From Octopus vulgaris (Eukaryota), in NCBI GenBank assembly GCA_951406725.2, contig OX597824.1, positions 81,840,001 through 81,904,000 of the forward strand: a stretch of DNA of 64,000 bases, in the 5' to 3' direction. The number at the start of each line of letters is the position of its first letter. The stretch's first letter is position 1. The position numbers and the translations under genes are program-made. Below are positions 39,158-54,044 of this stretch, piece after piece. Below the pieces are notes generated by a model, which worked only from the letters and a program-made list of their open reading frames with translations, did not search any database and was not told the DNA's origin.

Positions 39158-39544
39158 GGATGGAAGCACTCCGTCGGTAACGACGACGAGGGTTCCGGTT
39201 GATCCGAATCAATGGAACAACCTGCTCGTGAAATTAACGTGTAAGTGGCTGAGCACTCCACAGACACCTGTACCCTTAACGTAGTTCTCGGGGATATTCA
39301 GCGTGACACAGAGAGTGACAAGGCCGGCCCTTTGAAATACAGGTACAACAGAAACAGGAAGTAAGAGTGAGAGAAAGTTGTGGTGAAAGAGTACAGCAGG
39401 GATAACCACCATCCCCTGCCGGACCCTCGTGGAGCTTTTAGATGTTTTTGCTCAATAAACACTCACAACGCCCGGTCTGGGAATCGAAACCGCGATCCTA
39501 CGACCGCGTGTCTGCTGCCCTAACCACTGGGCCATTGCGCCTCC
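39158..39544 (-). mobile_element. SINE family D, full length with TSD
   Basis: A box TGGCCCAGTGG, B box GGTTTCGATTCC; TSD ACTGAGTTTTGGT at 39145-39157 and 39545-39557. Confidence 0.92.
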
Positions 39545-40055
39545 ACTGAGTTTTGGTAGCGTCTAACAGAATACCTCGAGTATTTGTTCCGACTCGGCTA
39601 TCTATTTGACATCTTGAGTTCGAATCCAGCCGTTATCAACTTTGCCTTTCATCCATTCGAGGTTGATAATTAAAGATGTATTAGTCCGCTATAGCGGATA
39701 GCCAGAACTGTCAGCACTTCTAAGACCAAATGTCGTCCGGTATTTCTTCCGGCTCTCTGCGTTCTCAGTTCAACTCCCACCATGACCCATTTGTGAAGTA
39801 GCTAAATCCATCACCCAATTTTACGCCTCCGTCTGGCACCTTGGGTAGGTTTAGCTTTCTATTAACATCGATTCGTATCGAAATATCGACAACCAGCACA
39901 GTTATAATTTCTAATTTTGGCAAAAAACAAAAAGCTTATTCTTTGCGGTTTGTCGACTATTTTGATCTTAGCATAAGCTTAAAACTTTATCTTTTTGGAA
40001 CTCTAAGGATGAATGGCAAAATTGACTTTGGCAGGTTTTGAACTCTAAACGTAGA

Positions 40056-40239
40056 CTTTGTTCCTTCTCGAGCCACGCCTGGCTCATAAGGGCCGGTTTC
40101 CCGGTTTCCTTGGCGTATAGGTTCCCCACCTGGACGAGACGCCGGTCCATCGCAGGTGAGCTGCATGATGCAGGAGGAAAGAGTGAGAGAATGTGTGACG
40201 AAAAAGTCAGCAGAAGTTCGCCACTACCTTGTGCCTCCA
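40056..40239 (-). mobile_element. Internally deleted SINE E nested in an old SINE B
   Basis: TSD CTAAACGTAGA at 40045-40055 and 40240-40250. Confidence 0.8.
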
Positions 40240-40627
40240 CTAAACGTAGAGAGTACAAAGAAATGCAGCTAGTTCCTTTGGGAATACTCCCACGACCCAA
40301 CGATTCTTCCAAGATATTACCTAAATAATTCTTTCAAAATTTCGTACAAGACCCGCAATTTTGAAGGGAGACGAAAGTCAATGGAATCGATCCCAGCAGC
40401 TGTTTGGTATTCATTTATCGACAGTGGGTAGTAAAGAAATAGGTCAGCAACAACATCAACAATAGCGACAAGTATTTGGTGTTAAGTTTATGCAGGCCTC
40501 CATCTTTTAGAAAGAGCAACCAAATTCGTTAATAATCATACCCTGTCATATTAAATATAGAAGATGCTGTAAGAAGTATATACGTTATAGAAAAGGAATG
40601 AACGGGTAGCCAAGGCTGGAACATCGT

Positions 40628-41095
40628 TGTACTTGTACTTGTGACGGCGTTCACCCAGGGCGGGTTGAGCCGGCTTCTTCTCTGGTCCTGACGGCATCAC
40701 GAACCATGGCGGCCCACGCTCGACGGTCCTGTGCGAGGTCACTGGAGATAGCGCGCCATTCGCGGTTCCATCTACGCAGACCGACCACCTGCGGATCTGA
40801 GAGTTCGGAGAGGTCCTTCTTTATCGTCGTTGCCCAGGTCTACAGCTGCCTGCCCGTGAGTTTGCGCCAGCTGGGGGAAGTGGAGGTGGGAGAAGGACAT
40901 CGCGAATCAGCTCACCCTCTGGACGCCGGGCCGCATGACCGAACCACCTTAAGCGCCGTTGTAGAAGCACCGAAGGGCGGGTTGAGCCGGCTTCTTCTCT
41001 GGTCCTGATGGCATCACGAACCATGGCGGCCCACGCTCGACGGTCCTCTGCGCCGTTGTAGAAGCACCAAAGGAGTGGGAGGGACATCATCGATC
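40628..41095 (-). pseudogene. RTE-clade LINE 3' end with a (CAAGTA)n tail
   Basis: LQRRLRWFGHAARRPEGELIRDVL..DLAQDRRAWAAMVRDAV..; stop at 40651-40653; short tandem-repeat tail typical of RTE. Confidence 0.85.
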
Positions 41096-41314
41096 GTAGG
41101 TCTGGTCGATCGAGCCTCACTTAGAGCTAAATATGATAAAACCACATCAAAACCCATTAACACAGACATTAATGACAACAGACATTAATATCAACAACAA
41201 CAACAACAGACATTTTAACATGAACACGAGACATCTGGAAAGTCTTTTAGTGGTCGTTCAACCTGCTAGAAATAGTAGTCAAATCCCTCTCACATCACTC
41301 TCTCACTTTTTTAC

Positions 41315-41705
41315 TCTTTTACTTGTTTCAGTCATTTGAGTTAGGCCATGCAGGAACACCGCATTTAGTCGAGCAAATCGACCCCAGGACATTTTCTTTG
41401 TAAGCCCAGTACTTATTCTATCGGTCTCTTTTGCCGAACCGCCAAGTTACGGGGACGTAAACACACCAGCATCGGTTGTCAAGCGATGTTGGGGGTACAA
41501 ACACAGACACACACACACATACATATATGTATACATATATACGACGGGCTTCTTTTCAGTTTCCGTCTACCAAATCCACTCACAAGGTTCAGGTCGGCCC
41601 GAGGCTATAGTAGAAGACACTTGCCCATGGTGCCACGCAGTGGGACTGAACCTGGACTCATGTGGTTCGTAAGCAAGCTACTTTACCACACAGCCACTCC
41701 TGCGC
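41315..41705 (-). mobile_element. SINE family A, full length
   Basis: Matches the other family A copies. Confidence 0.9.
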
Positions 41706-41870
41706 TTACACGTGATACATCAGTGAGAAAAAAATGGCTTTATGAATAATATACTCCTGGCTTCCTTACGTACAGAAAAGGGATGGTCACGACTGGAGAG
41801 TCTCATATAAGGCCAGCACGGTTTAGAGTTAAACTGAGGTTAAAGAACAACAAAAACAAAACACTAGAAG

Positions 41871-41919
<49 letters not shown>

Positions 41920-42196
41920 TTGCTTTTATAACAAGAGTAGGATAGATCAGACACCCATCCTCACCCGACAACAGCCACACCCCTTCGCGGTGGATGTGTA
42001 ATGATGTTTAAATGTTCTTCTCTGGGTCATTGGGTGCATTTCTCCTGCTAGCCTCGTTATCAATACACTTGGCAAACATAAATCGGCTAAGTGTGTGTGT
42101 ATGCGTGCCTGTACGTACGCGTATGTGTATGTGTGTGTGTGTGTATGTAAGAGTGTGTGTATGTGTGTGTGGGAAGGTGTATGTGTGTGTGTACGC

Positions 42197-42243
<47 letters not shown>

Positions 42244-42271
42244 TGTGTGTGTGGTATGTGTGTGTGTGTGT

Positions 42272-42303
<32 letters not shown>

Positions 42304-42451
42304 TCTTATGTTGCTTTTGCGAGTAGGTGCACGTGTTTATGTGTGTTTGAACAAACACGTTATATACACAAACATACGCTTAAGTGTACTCACGAGTATA
42401 TATAAGCACATACAGGTTCTTTGCACACACGCACACACACACACGCACGCA

Positions 42452-42506
<55 letters not shown>

Positions 42507-42647
42507 ACACTAATAGCTACAAAGATACGAAGACACGTTTGAATCTATGATTATGTCTATGTATGTATGCGTGAGTGTGTATATATATATATATAAGTAT
42601 ATATACATATACACACGCACACACACATAAATACATATGTATATGTG

Positions 42648-42735
<88 letters not shown>

Positions 42736-43451
42736 CAGGTAGAGAGATATACATATATGTAAATGTAAGCATATATATATATATATATACATATATATAT
42801 GTTTATATATACACACACAAATATATACACTCACACATACATATACACATATACATATATATATATATGTATATATACATTCACACACACACACATACGC
42901 ACACACATATATATATATATACTCACACATACATATACATATTATGTATACATATGATGTATACATTTAGACACACACACACACAAACTCACACACATAT
43001 ATATATATACTTATACATATATACACACATATATATATGTAGATTTAGATATACATACATACACGTATATATGTGTCTGTGTTTATAATTATAGTCAATA
43101 AGATGCTATATGAAGTAATTAATTATACATCGTTCATATAGCTATAAACCGTATAACTGTCAGTTTGTGACCCGCTTTTTTTTTTGTTTTTTTTCAGTGT
43201 TTCACTTTCTCTTTCTGTCTTCTTTCTTCCGTTCTTTCCTTTCTTCTGTCTCTATCACTTTCTTACTTTCACTCTCTCCCCACCTCTGTCTCTTCTATCT
43301 CTGTTTCTTTCTCTTTCTTCTCGCTCTCTCTCTCTCTTTCGCCATATCTTTGAATATGTGTCGGTTTGTGCGTGTGTTTATGTTTTATATGTTTTATGTT
43401 TTCCAGTTTCAGCTCTTGAGCTGTGGCCATGCTGGGGCACCGCCATACACA

Positions 43452-43494
<43 letters not shown>

Positions 43495-43499
<5 letters not shown>

Positions 43500-43890
43500 A
43501 TTTGTTTCAGTCATTTGACTGCGGCCATGCTGGAGCACCGCCTTTAATCGAGCAACTCGACTTCGGGACTTATTCTTTTCTAAGCCCAGTACTTATCCTA
43601 TCGGTCTCTTTTGCCGAACAGCTAAGTAACGGGGACATAAACACACCAGCATCGGTTGTCAAGCAATGCTAGGGGGACAAACACAGACACACAAACACAC
43701 ACACGCATATATATGTACATATATACGACGGGCTTCTTTCAGTTTCCGTCTACCAAATCCACTCACAAGTCTTTGGTCGGCCCGAGGCTACAGCAGAAGA
43801 CACTTGCCCAAGGTGCCACGCAGGGGGACTGAACCCGGAGCCATGTGGTTGGTAAACAAGCTATTTACCACACAGCCACTCCTACGCCCT
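43495..43890 (-). mobile_element. SINE family A, full length
   Basis: Matches the other family A copies. Confidence 0.9.
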
Positions 43891-44139
43891 ATATATGTAT
43901 GCGAGTGACGTCTAATGTGTTTTGCAGTATAAAAATTTGATTTAATAGCCTCGTTATTAGAAAAGAGTAACCTGAAAACTAAAGAGAATAAAATAATAAG
44001 GTGTAAAGTAAATGAATATGTAAGTTATGGAGCAAATGGAAAGTGACAGAGACGGAGATTCGAAAGAAAATATGAATTAAAAATGAGAGACAGTGAGAAA
44101 TAGACACACGTGTGTGTGTGTACATTATTTATGCATGTA

Positions 44140-44276
<137 letters not shown>

Positions 44277-44337
44277 GATTGTCTGTCTATAGATAAATAT
44301 GTGTATATATATATGTATGTATATCTATCTATCTATC

Positions 44338-44394
<57 letters not shown>

Positions 44395-44734
44395 GTGTGT
44401 ATATATACATACATATGTGTGTGTGTATATATGTATGTATATATATATATATGTGTGGTAAGTAGCTTGCTTACCAGCCACATGGTTCCGGGTTCATTCC
44501 CACTGCGTGGCACCTTGGGCAAGTGTCTTCTACTATAGCCTCGGGCCGACCAAAGACTTGTGAGTGGATTTGGTAGACGGAAACTGGAATAACCCGTCGT
44601 ATATATGCATGTGTGTATATGTTTGTGTGTCTGTGTTTGTCCCCCCACCATTGCTTGACAACCAATGGTGGTGTGTTTACGTCCCCGTAACTTAGCGGTT
44701 CAGCAAATTTTTCTTATATATATATATCAGAATA

Positions 44735-45050
44735 ATAAATGGAGTTGAACGCAGATGCTATTCAAATTCTTTTACTTTCAACATATGTTTCGAAAACAAC
44801 CTTGGTTTTATTCCAAAGGACTAAACGGTGTAAAATGCAATCTTCTCATCTGAAATAATTTGTAAAACACCTGCGTTCAACTCCATTTATTTACTTATAC
44901 TACACAAATTACTGCACATTAACCCGGAGTTTCTACCTTTGAATAGGTCGCTACGTCATTGTTGCCTGCGTGAATTTTGCAACCCTAGTAACTGTTTATT
45001 GAATTTTCCATGTTAACGGTAAACAAAGGATAATTCATTTATCCATTTAC
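44735..45050. mobile_element. Fold-back PLE-derived cassette related to 19917-20223, with a degenerate minus-strand HHR (44776-44855)
   Basis: Inverted repeat ATAAATGGAGTTGAACGCAG / CTGCGTTCAACTCCATTTAT; minus strand CAGATGA-GAAGATTG..GTTGTTTTC-GAAA-CATATGTT; (TA)n on both sides. Confidence 0.65.
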
Positions 45051-45060
45051 ATATATATAT

Positions 45061-45116
<56 letters not shown>

Positions 45117-45124
45117 ATCAACTT

Positions 45125-45503
<379 letters not shown>

Positions 45504-45947
45504 CATGGCCTATTGGTTAGTGTATGGGACTTATTATCATAATATGGCGGGGCGTGGGATCTAATCTTGGATAGGGCAGCAACGCATTCTAGTTGTAAAA
45601 CTAGACTCATTTTTATCTATTGTCTTGACCAATTACTCGTTACTTCAGTCTATTCCGAAAACAATGACTCCCAGTCACGTGATAGAACATACTTCTCAAA
45701 CTCCAGTTTTCACATCCTTGATGTTCTGCCGGGTCAAGTTTGGCTGTACCTGTTGTCGACTACATCGGTTCCCTAAAGTCATGCCCACTAGTAAAATAGA
45801 TCAGACACGCCCACATAATAACACCTATATATCTTGGTGGTCGATGTTTAATGGAGACTAAATGGTCTTCCCTGGGTCACTGAGTGCATTTCTTCTGCTA
45901 TCTTCCTTATGAACACACTTTACAAATATAAGCCCTTGTATCAGCAT

Positions 45948-45979
45948 TCTTCTTCTTCTTCTTCTTCTTTTTCTTCTTC

Positions 45980-46043
<64 letters not shown>

Positions 46044-46340
46044 CCTTCTCCCTCTCCTCCTCCTCTTCCTTCGTTTTCTTCTTCTCCTCCTCCTCTTCCT
46101 TCTTCTTCCTCCTCCTCCTCCTTCTTCTTCTCCTTCCCCTTCTTCTTCTTCTTCCCCTTCTTCTACTTCTTTCTTCTTCTTCTTCTTCCTTTTCTTCTTT
46201 TTCTTCTTCTTTTTCTTTCTTCTTCTTCTTCTTCTTCTTCTTCTTCTTCTTCTTCTTTTTCTTTCTTCTTTTTCTTCTTCTTCTTCTTCTTCTTCTTCTT
46301 CTTCTTCTTCTTCTTCTTCTTCTTTCTTCTTCTTTCTTCT
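45948..46340. repeat. Compound (CTT)n/(TTA)n/(CCT)n tract
   Basis: Seen directly; long polypyrimidine strand. Confidence 0.95.
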
Positions 46341-46814
46341 TGCTCACTTACTCGCCTACTCATTTTCTTCGCTTTTATCTTTCTTCTTTACATTCTTAGA
46401 TCTTCTAAAGATCTTTCGCCCTCAACAATTTCCCCTTCGTTTTATTCTTTCTTCTTTGTTTCAAAATTTTCTTTCCCAAATACATTTATAGCTTTCAGTC
46501 TTACTTCTAATTCATATCAAAACGCCATATCGACCACCAGATTCCAAATACTTAAAATGTCAAATGTTACATTATAACCATTCAAGTCTTGGAACCTCGG
46601 ATTTACCAAGTAAAGGACATCCATATAAGCTTGTATATTATAACAAATCATCAAATGCTGGCGTGACTGTGTGGAAAGAAATCTAATTCCCAACTACATA
46701 GTTCCTGGTTTAGTCCCTGTGAAAGTGTCTTCTGCTATATCCTCGGGTCAACAAAAGCCTTATGAGCATTTTTCGTAGACAGAAACTGGAATAAAAGAAT
46801 ATATATATATTTTT

Positions 46815-47022
46815 TCCAGTATGTTGACCTCGTGAAGACCACTTGCATTTTTTTTCCCTCTGTCCTCCCACCTCGGGATCTTTCTTTCTCCTATGTTTCC
46901 GACGAAGAGCTCCGCTCGAAATGTCATACCCTCCTTTTTCCCTTTTTTCCTGAGCGCCTAATAATACTTTAATTGTTCCACATCCTCGCGTTGTTGTCTT
47001 TTTTGTTTTCTTGTTTGGATTA

Positions 47023-47027
<5 letters not shown>
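46815..47027 (+). mobile_element. Short PLE pLTR-like element (sub-family 1)
   Basis: CCGACGA(46899-46905)-A-GAGC-TCC-GCTC-GAAA-TGTC; 3' end at (TA)n. Confidence 0.75.
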
Positions 47028-47090
<63 letters not shown>

Positions 47091-47094
<4 letters not shown>

Positions 47095-47345
47095 CGTGAT
47101 CACCGTAACCGACCAGACTATCAGATGCTGCTACACATCGCTGGTCACTATGCACTTCGCATTATTTTAGCCTTCAAATGACGCCACCCCGCTGGTTGTG
47201 ACGAAAGAGTACAGCAGAGATCGCCACCACCCCCTGCCGGAGCCACGTGGATCTTTAGGTGTTTTCGCTCAATAAACTGGGAATCGAAACCGCGATCCTA
47301 CGACCGCGAGTCCGCTGCCCTAACCACTGGGTCATTGCGCCTCTA
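47091..47345 (-). mobile_element. SINE with a D-type head and a third distinct tail
   Basis: Head as in 39400-39544; tail 47091-47195 is unrelated to the D and E tails. Confidence 0.65.
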
Positions 47346-47346
47346 C

Positions 47347-47393
<47 letters not shown>

Positions 47394-48171
47394 TGTGTGT
47401 ATGTGTGTGTGCGTGTGTGTGTGTATGTGTGTGTATGTATGTATGCATGTATGTGTTATGTATGTATGTATGTATGTATGTATGTATTTATGTATGTATA
47501 TACGTTTGTGCGTCTTTGTCTCTGTCCCTCGTGACCGTTTGACAATGGTGCAGGTGTGATTATGTTCCCATATGTACCTGACTTGAAAAAAAAAACCCAA
47601 GCACTGTGGTAAATTCTTTCAACTAAAATTCTTCAAGGCGGTGCCGTGGCATGGCCGCAATCTAATGCCTGAAACAAGTAAATGGCAAACGATAAAAGCT
47701 GTGTCGATGAGCGAGAACACGAAACTTTGACACCATTTTGAAACTCTCACATTGGCTCGTATTTTGGAGGTGGGAATTGATTGAGTTGGACGTATATAAT
47801 TAATAGGAGGTTAATTAAATATTTCTTTTCATGAGTGTTATATTTTCAAAGGTTGTTATTACTCTCTTGAGTAGACTTCTTCTTAATTAGTTGTGACAGA
47901 AACCAAAGTAGAATTAAGACTATCTCATGTGTACAGCGAATGATTGATATGAAGTTAGATGTTTCATATTGGGATTACCAGAAACTAATTTATGAGTAAA
48001 AATAGATACTTATTTATCTAAATATTTATATATGGTTAACTATGTATATGCAAACTTAAAAATACACACAAGCGCGCACACAAACACACTTATATATACA
48101 TGCATATACATACATCTATTTGTGTTTATGTATACGCATATGGATTTATATATCTATGTGGATTGGTATAT

Positions 48172-48349
48172 ATTCGCCACTACACATTCTTTAATTTCTC
48201 TTCTTGTTTCTTTCTGTGTTCCTTTCTGTGGAAGAGCGTAGGCTCGAAACGTTAAAGACTTTTTCACTTCCCGAGCGCTAAACTAATACATCTGTTTGTT
48301 GTCTACACCACCTGCCTTCGTCTTTTTGTTTTTTTGTGAATTCTCCCCC
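48172..48349 (+). mobile_element. Short PLE pLTR-like element (sub-family 2)
   Basis: CTTT-CTGTGGA-A-GAGC-GTAG-GCTC-GAAA-CGTT-AAAG; 3' end at (TA)n. Confidence 0.7.
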
Positions 48350-48459
48350 TGTATATATATATATATATATATATATATGAATAAATAAATATGAGATTTT
48401 TGCTACCCTGGTAACTATTTTTTTTTTCCGTGTTAATTGTTAACAAGGTAAAAATACAC

Positions 48460-48562
<103 letters not shown>

Positions 48563-48907
48563 TGTATATATATATGTGTGTGTACGTATGTATATATATA
48601 TTAGTATTCATTTTATTCTTTTAATTGTTTCAGTCATGCTAGAGCACCACCTTAAAAGTTGTTAGTCGAAGAAATCGACTCTAGGACTTGTTCTTTTGTA
48701 AGCCCAATACTCATTCTATCGGTCTCTTTTGCCGAACCGTTAAGTTACGGGGTATATAAACACACCACCATTGGTTGTCAAGTGATGGTCGGGGAACAAA
48801 CACTGACACATACATACACACACATACACACATATACACATATATAATGTACTGATCTGTGATAGAAAATTCAAGAGAAAGTACTCTATCTGGTGAGAAA
48901 TAAATAT

Positions 48908-49907
48908 TATTTATTTAAAGGTGACAATGCATGAATTAAAGCACCATTTAAAGTTTCATATGTCGAGAAACCCCAGACATATTCTTCAGGCGCAAACCAC
49001 GTCTCATAACGAACTAAAGAAATAGAATAATGGAAGAGACGCGAAAAAACTGAGAAGGCAGCATGTAGAAAAGGCAGACAATAAACAACGGAAAACGAAA
49101 AACAGAAACCAAAATGTAAAAAATAAAAAGTGAAAAGGTAAAAGAGTTGTCCTCCTTAGATCTTAAATGATAAGGTTGGTAAGATATCGAGTCAGTCAGG
49201 AATAGGCTGAATTTTCTAATTCTTCAAAATATATTTATAATTTTATTTTTTATTTTTTATTTTATCTAGCTTCATCTCACGAGCTGTGGCCATGCTGGGG
49301 CACCGCCATTTACATAAGCATGCAACCGCAGAAAATTTTGGACGTGGAGTTCAATAGCAAGTTAGGGATCTTAGATCTGAACAGAAACTGCGTTCTTTCA
49401 GCCAAAGAAAGTCTACATTTATTCGATCCATTCACATAAGGTATGGGTTTCTCAATTACTTTCCATTTAATCACATGCAGTGTTTCGTTATCCTTCAAAG
49501 TTCATATGTGTCTAGCCAACTTAGTAGATCTACTTTTGTCCTTATATCGGGCGGAGCCTATGAGATTGGCATAGCGATTTTCAAATTCCCCTTCACATAA
49601 TCCAATACAGGTCTTCTTATCAGTTGTATTATTATTTAGGTTTATCATATATCGTAGATTTTATAGGAAACTGTCACGATTAGAAAACTGTCACAACCAT
49701 TTGACCAACGAAAATAGAAAACGGTCAAATGGTCGTGACAGTTTTCTATATGCTGCCTTCTCGGCTTTTTTCACGTTTCTTCTATTATTCAATTTCTTTA
49801 GTTCGTTATGACATGTGGTTTGCGCCTGGAAAATATGTTTGCATCTTCTCAACATATGGAACTGTTAGTAGTGCTTTAATACATGTATTTTGACCTTTAA
49901 ATAAATA
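48908..49907 (-). mobile_element. Truncated Naiad-type PLE with inverted pLTRs (48908-49072 and 49742-49907), each with a decayed HHR
   Basis: Diverged ~165-bp inverted arms; combined motif GCGC-CTGAAGA-ATATGTY..RACATAT-GAAAC-TGTTA-GTA-GTGC. Confidence 0.8.
49310..49635 (-). pseudogene. Naiad-type GIY-YIG endonuclease fragment
   Basis: KKTCIGLCEGEFENRYANLIGSARYKDKSRSTKLARHI*TLKDNETLHVIKWKVIEKPIPYVNGSNKCRLSLAER..LLNSTSKIFCGC. Confidence 0.85.
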
Positions 49908-50153
49908 AATAAATAATGTATTTACGACAAGTGATTACGTAAGTGGTAACAACGAAACTAGTTCGTGATTAATCTGTATATTTTGTATCGTTTCATTTGA
50001 CTTGCTTGCTTACGTTTTGGCGTTTGCTTAAATTTTCTTGAGAACATTCGTTTCTTAGTGGTTAGGCCATAGGAGGTTGACTTCTAGCATAATGGATGTC
50101 CACTCAGTGGTCATCCCTCTTATATGTATGTAAATACATACATATATATATAC

Positions 50154-50225
<72 letters not shown>

Positions 50226-50229
50226 TTAT

Positions 50230-50599
<370 letters not shown>

Positions 50600-50613
50600 T
50601 TTACAAAAAGAAA

Positions 50614-50660
<47 letters not shown>

Positions 50661-51000
50661 TATATATATGTATATCAGTATATATATTCTATTAGTAGCA
50701 AAAGCCATACGGAGAGCTCGTGAAACGGATAAGTGAACCGAAGGATTTTTTGCTAATAAGAAACCTACCTACTTAACCTAAAATATGTAGCGACTCCTTC
50801 CCAGCTCAAGACCTGACTCCTTCCATATATATGTATATATGTATATACATACATAATCTTATATCAATGTCTCTCAGTCTCTCCCTCTCTCTTCTCTCTC
50901 CTCCCACTCTCTCTCTCTCTTCATATACATATATATATATATATATGCATGTATGAATACTTATATATTCTTGAATATATGTCTCTATGTATGTGTGCTT

Positions 51001-51049
<49 letters not shown>

Positions 51050-51174
51050 TGTGTGTACGAGTGTGTGTGTTAATGAAAAGAATTGATGCTACTGGAGTGT
51101 TCTGCTGCAAGTTGGTGGCAGTGGTGCATTTGCTGTGGGTAGGGGGTACTTATGAGGCCTGGTGTAATGGATGA

Positions 51175-52075
51175 GATGGTGGTGGTGGTGGTGGTAGAAG
51201 AACGTATTGGTCATAGTTGAAGTGGTAGTGCCAGTTGTAGAAGTATTGGTATTCCTGCTCTCGATAGTGGTCTTCTGGCTTTCGTCATATTTGTAGTGGT
51301 GGTCGTGGAGGTACCATTAGTTTCTTAAGTGGTGGTGTTGAAGATCGTGCGAAAGGTAGTGGTGGTCGTGGTGGTGGTTGGTGGTTGTAGTGTTAGCAGT
51401 TGTTTCTTAGATGGTTGTGTTGGAGGTAATGCTAGAGGTGGTGGTGTCGGTGGTGGTGGTGGTGTTGTTGTTGGTGGTGGTGTTGGTGTTGGTGGTGGTG
51501 CAAGAGGTGGTGGTGGTGGTGGTGTTGTCGGTTGTAGTGTTAGCAGTTGTTTCTTAGATGGTGGTGTTGGAGGTAATGCTAGAGGTGGTGGTGTCGGTGG
51601 TGGTGGTGTTGTTGTTGTTAGTGGTGGTGGTGTGGTGTTGGTGGTGGTGCAAGAGGTGGTGGTGGTGGTGGTGGTGATGGCTGTGGTGGTGATGGCTGTG
51701 GTGGTGATGGTGGTGTGGTGGTGGTGGTGGTGGTGGTGGTGATGTTGGTGTTGGTGGTGGTGCAAGAGGTAGTGGTGGTGGTGGTGGTGATGGCTGTGGT
51801 GGTGATGGCTGTGGTGGTGATGGTTGTGGTGGTGATGGTTGTGGTGGTGGTCGTGGTGGTCATGATGGTGTTGCAGATAGTGCTAGAGGTGGTGATGGTG
51901 GTGGTCGTCGTTACCGTGGTAGTATTGGGGTCAGTGCTAGAGGCGGCGGTGGTGGTCGTGGCGGTTTTGTCGTTGTAGTTAGTGCTAGAGAAGGTGATGG
52001 TTGTGGTCGTGGGTCGTGGTCGTGGTAGTTGTCGAAGTCGTCTTGGTTCTGGCGGCGGCGGCGGCGGCGGCGGAG
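51175..52075. repeat. Degenerate (GGT)n region with higher-order internal duplications
   Basis: GTTGTAGTGTTAGCAGTTGTTTCTTAGATGGT..GGAGGTAATGCTAGAGG occurs at ~51384 and ~51531. Confidence 0.85.
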
Positions 52076-52949
52076 GTGAAGGCGATGGCCGTTTCGTGAT
52101 GATGGAAGTCGCCTGAAAAAGGTTGAACCTTACAACTGTGTGACGATGAAGGGATGTCGATGTAGACGTCGACGTATAACGACGAAGGCTGTTTATTATG
52201 AACAAGATGGCGACTGATGATAGGAAAACAGATATAACAGAAGCATATTGAGAGAGATGGACACGGCCATCACGTACTAATGGATGGAGCAACAACATAG
52301 ATAAACGTGTCACTATGTCGCCCTTTTAAATAGACAGAGACGTTACACCTTCACAGTAACAATTACATTTAACGGTCGCATTGATTTTGGGGTTCTTTTT
52401 GTGTATTTTGTGTCCTTATTTTTTGTTTTATTTATTTATTTACATATTTTTGTATTTGGTTTGTATTATTTTTGATGTTTCTATATTTATAACGTTCATT
52501 TCCTTTTTATAGATTTTTTTTCCTATATAAGTATATACGTGTGTGTATATGGCGGTGTTGAAAAACGTAAGTTCCCTTAGGGAAGAAAAATCCTTTCGAA
52601 GAACAAGATAGATCAATATGCCAGAGTGTATCTGTATGTATATGTATGTATATGTTTATATATATATGTACATATGTATGTGTGATGTGTGTACTATGTA
52701 TGCATGCACGAATGCATCTTTGTATCTATGTATGTATGTTTGTATGTAGGTATGTACGGACGTAAGTATGAATGTATGTGTGTATGCATGCATATATGTA
52801 TATGTATTTATGTATGTATGTATTAATGTGAGTATATATAAATGTGCATATGCATTCATGTACTTATGTTTGTTTCTTTTTATGTATATGTATGCATATA
52901 TATATATATAGATAGATGTATATGAGGTGTGTTGTTTCTCAAACACATT

Positions 52950-53360
52950 GTTCCTGGTTCAGTCCCAATCTGTGGTACCTTGGGCAAGAAACTGACTTCT
53001 GCTATACCCTTGGGCCGACCAAAGCCTTGTGATTAGATTTGGGCGACGGAAACTGAAAGAATCCCGCCGTATACATATATATATATATACATATATGTAT
53101 ATATAAAGATAAATATGTGTATGCATGCATGTATTGGTGTTGTGTTTGTGTGTCTGTGTTTGTCCCCCTGCCATCGTTTGACAACCGATGCTGATGTGTT
53201 TACGTCTCTGTAACTTAGCGGTTCGAAAATAGGGATCGATAGAATAAGTTCAAAACTTGCAAAGAATCAGTCCTCGTGGTCATTTCTTCGACTAAATCCC
53301 CCTAAGGTGGTGCTCGAGCATAGCCGCAGTCAAATGACTGAAACAAATGAAAGAAGAAAA
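52950..53360 (+). mobile_element. SINE family A, 5'-truncated and diverged
   Basis: Matches family A from the B box to the tail. Confidence 0.8.
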
Positions 53361-54044
53361 GAATTAAAGAATATATGTGTGTTTGTGTGCGAGCGTGAGT
53401 GCGCATGTGTGTGTGTGTTGTGTGCATATATTCACGCATTTATGTCTGTATGTATATAGCTGTATGTATGTTGCTGTGCCTCTTTGAGTGTTGTATGTAT
53501 AAATAAATGAATGTATGTATATATATGTGTGTGTGTGTGTTTGTTTGTGTGTGTGAGTGTTTGTGTGTGTGAGAGAACATATGTAGTTTAACTTATATAG
53601 AGTGAAATGCGCACACACACACAAAAGCGTACACATACATATATACTCTTCTCACACACACACACGTACTAATATAGTATAAAATTACATGTTAACTGCT
53701 CGTATTACCGATATTCACCGACATCACCTCCGGTTTCCCAAGTGGTCAGAAAAGTGTTTCATCTATAAAACAAGAGAATAAACAGCAACAGAGACAATCA
53801 AAACAGAAGATAGTTGCTCAAATCAGCATAATATGTTTTGAAGACAAAGTTATCGAGTAAAATTATAACGTTTCGGAAAAAGTCCTTCATCGAATATACA
53901 AGGAAAATGCGAAATAATACAGAGGAAAAGAGGAAAGAAGAGAGAGAGAGTCACAAAAAGGTATATGTACACAAATACGTGAACATGGATGCACACAGTC
54001 ATATATATATAAGTTTGTGGGCGCATGTGTATTCTTATATTTTT

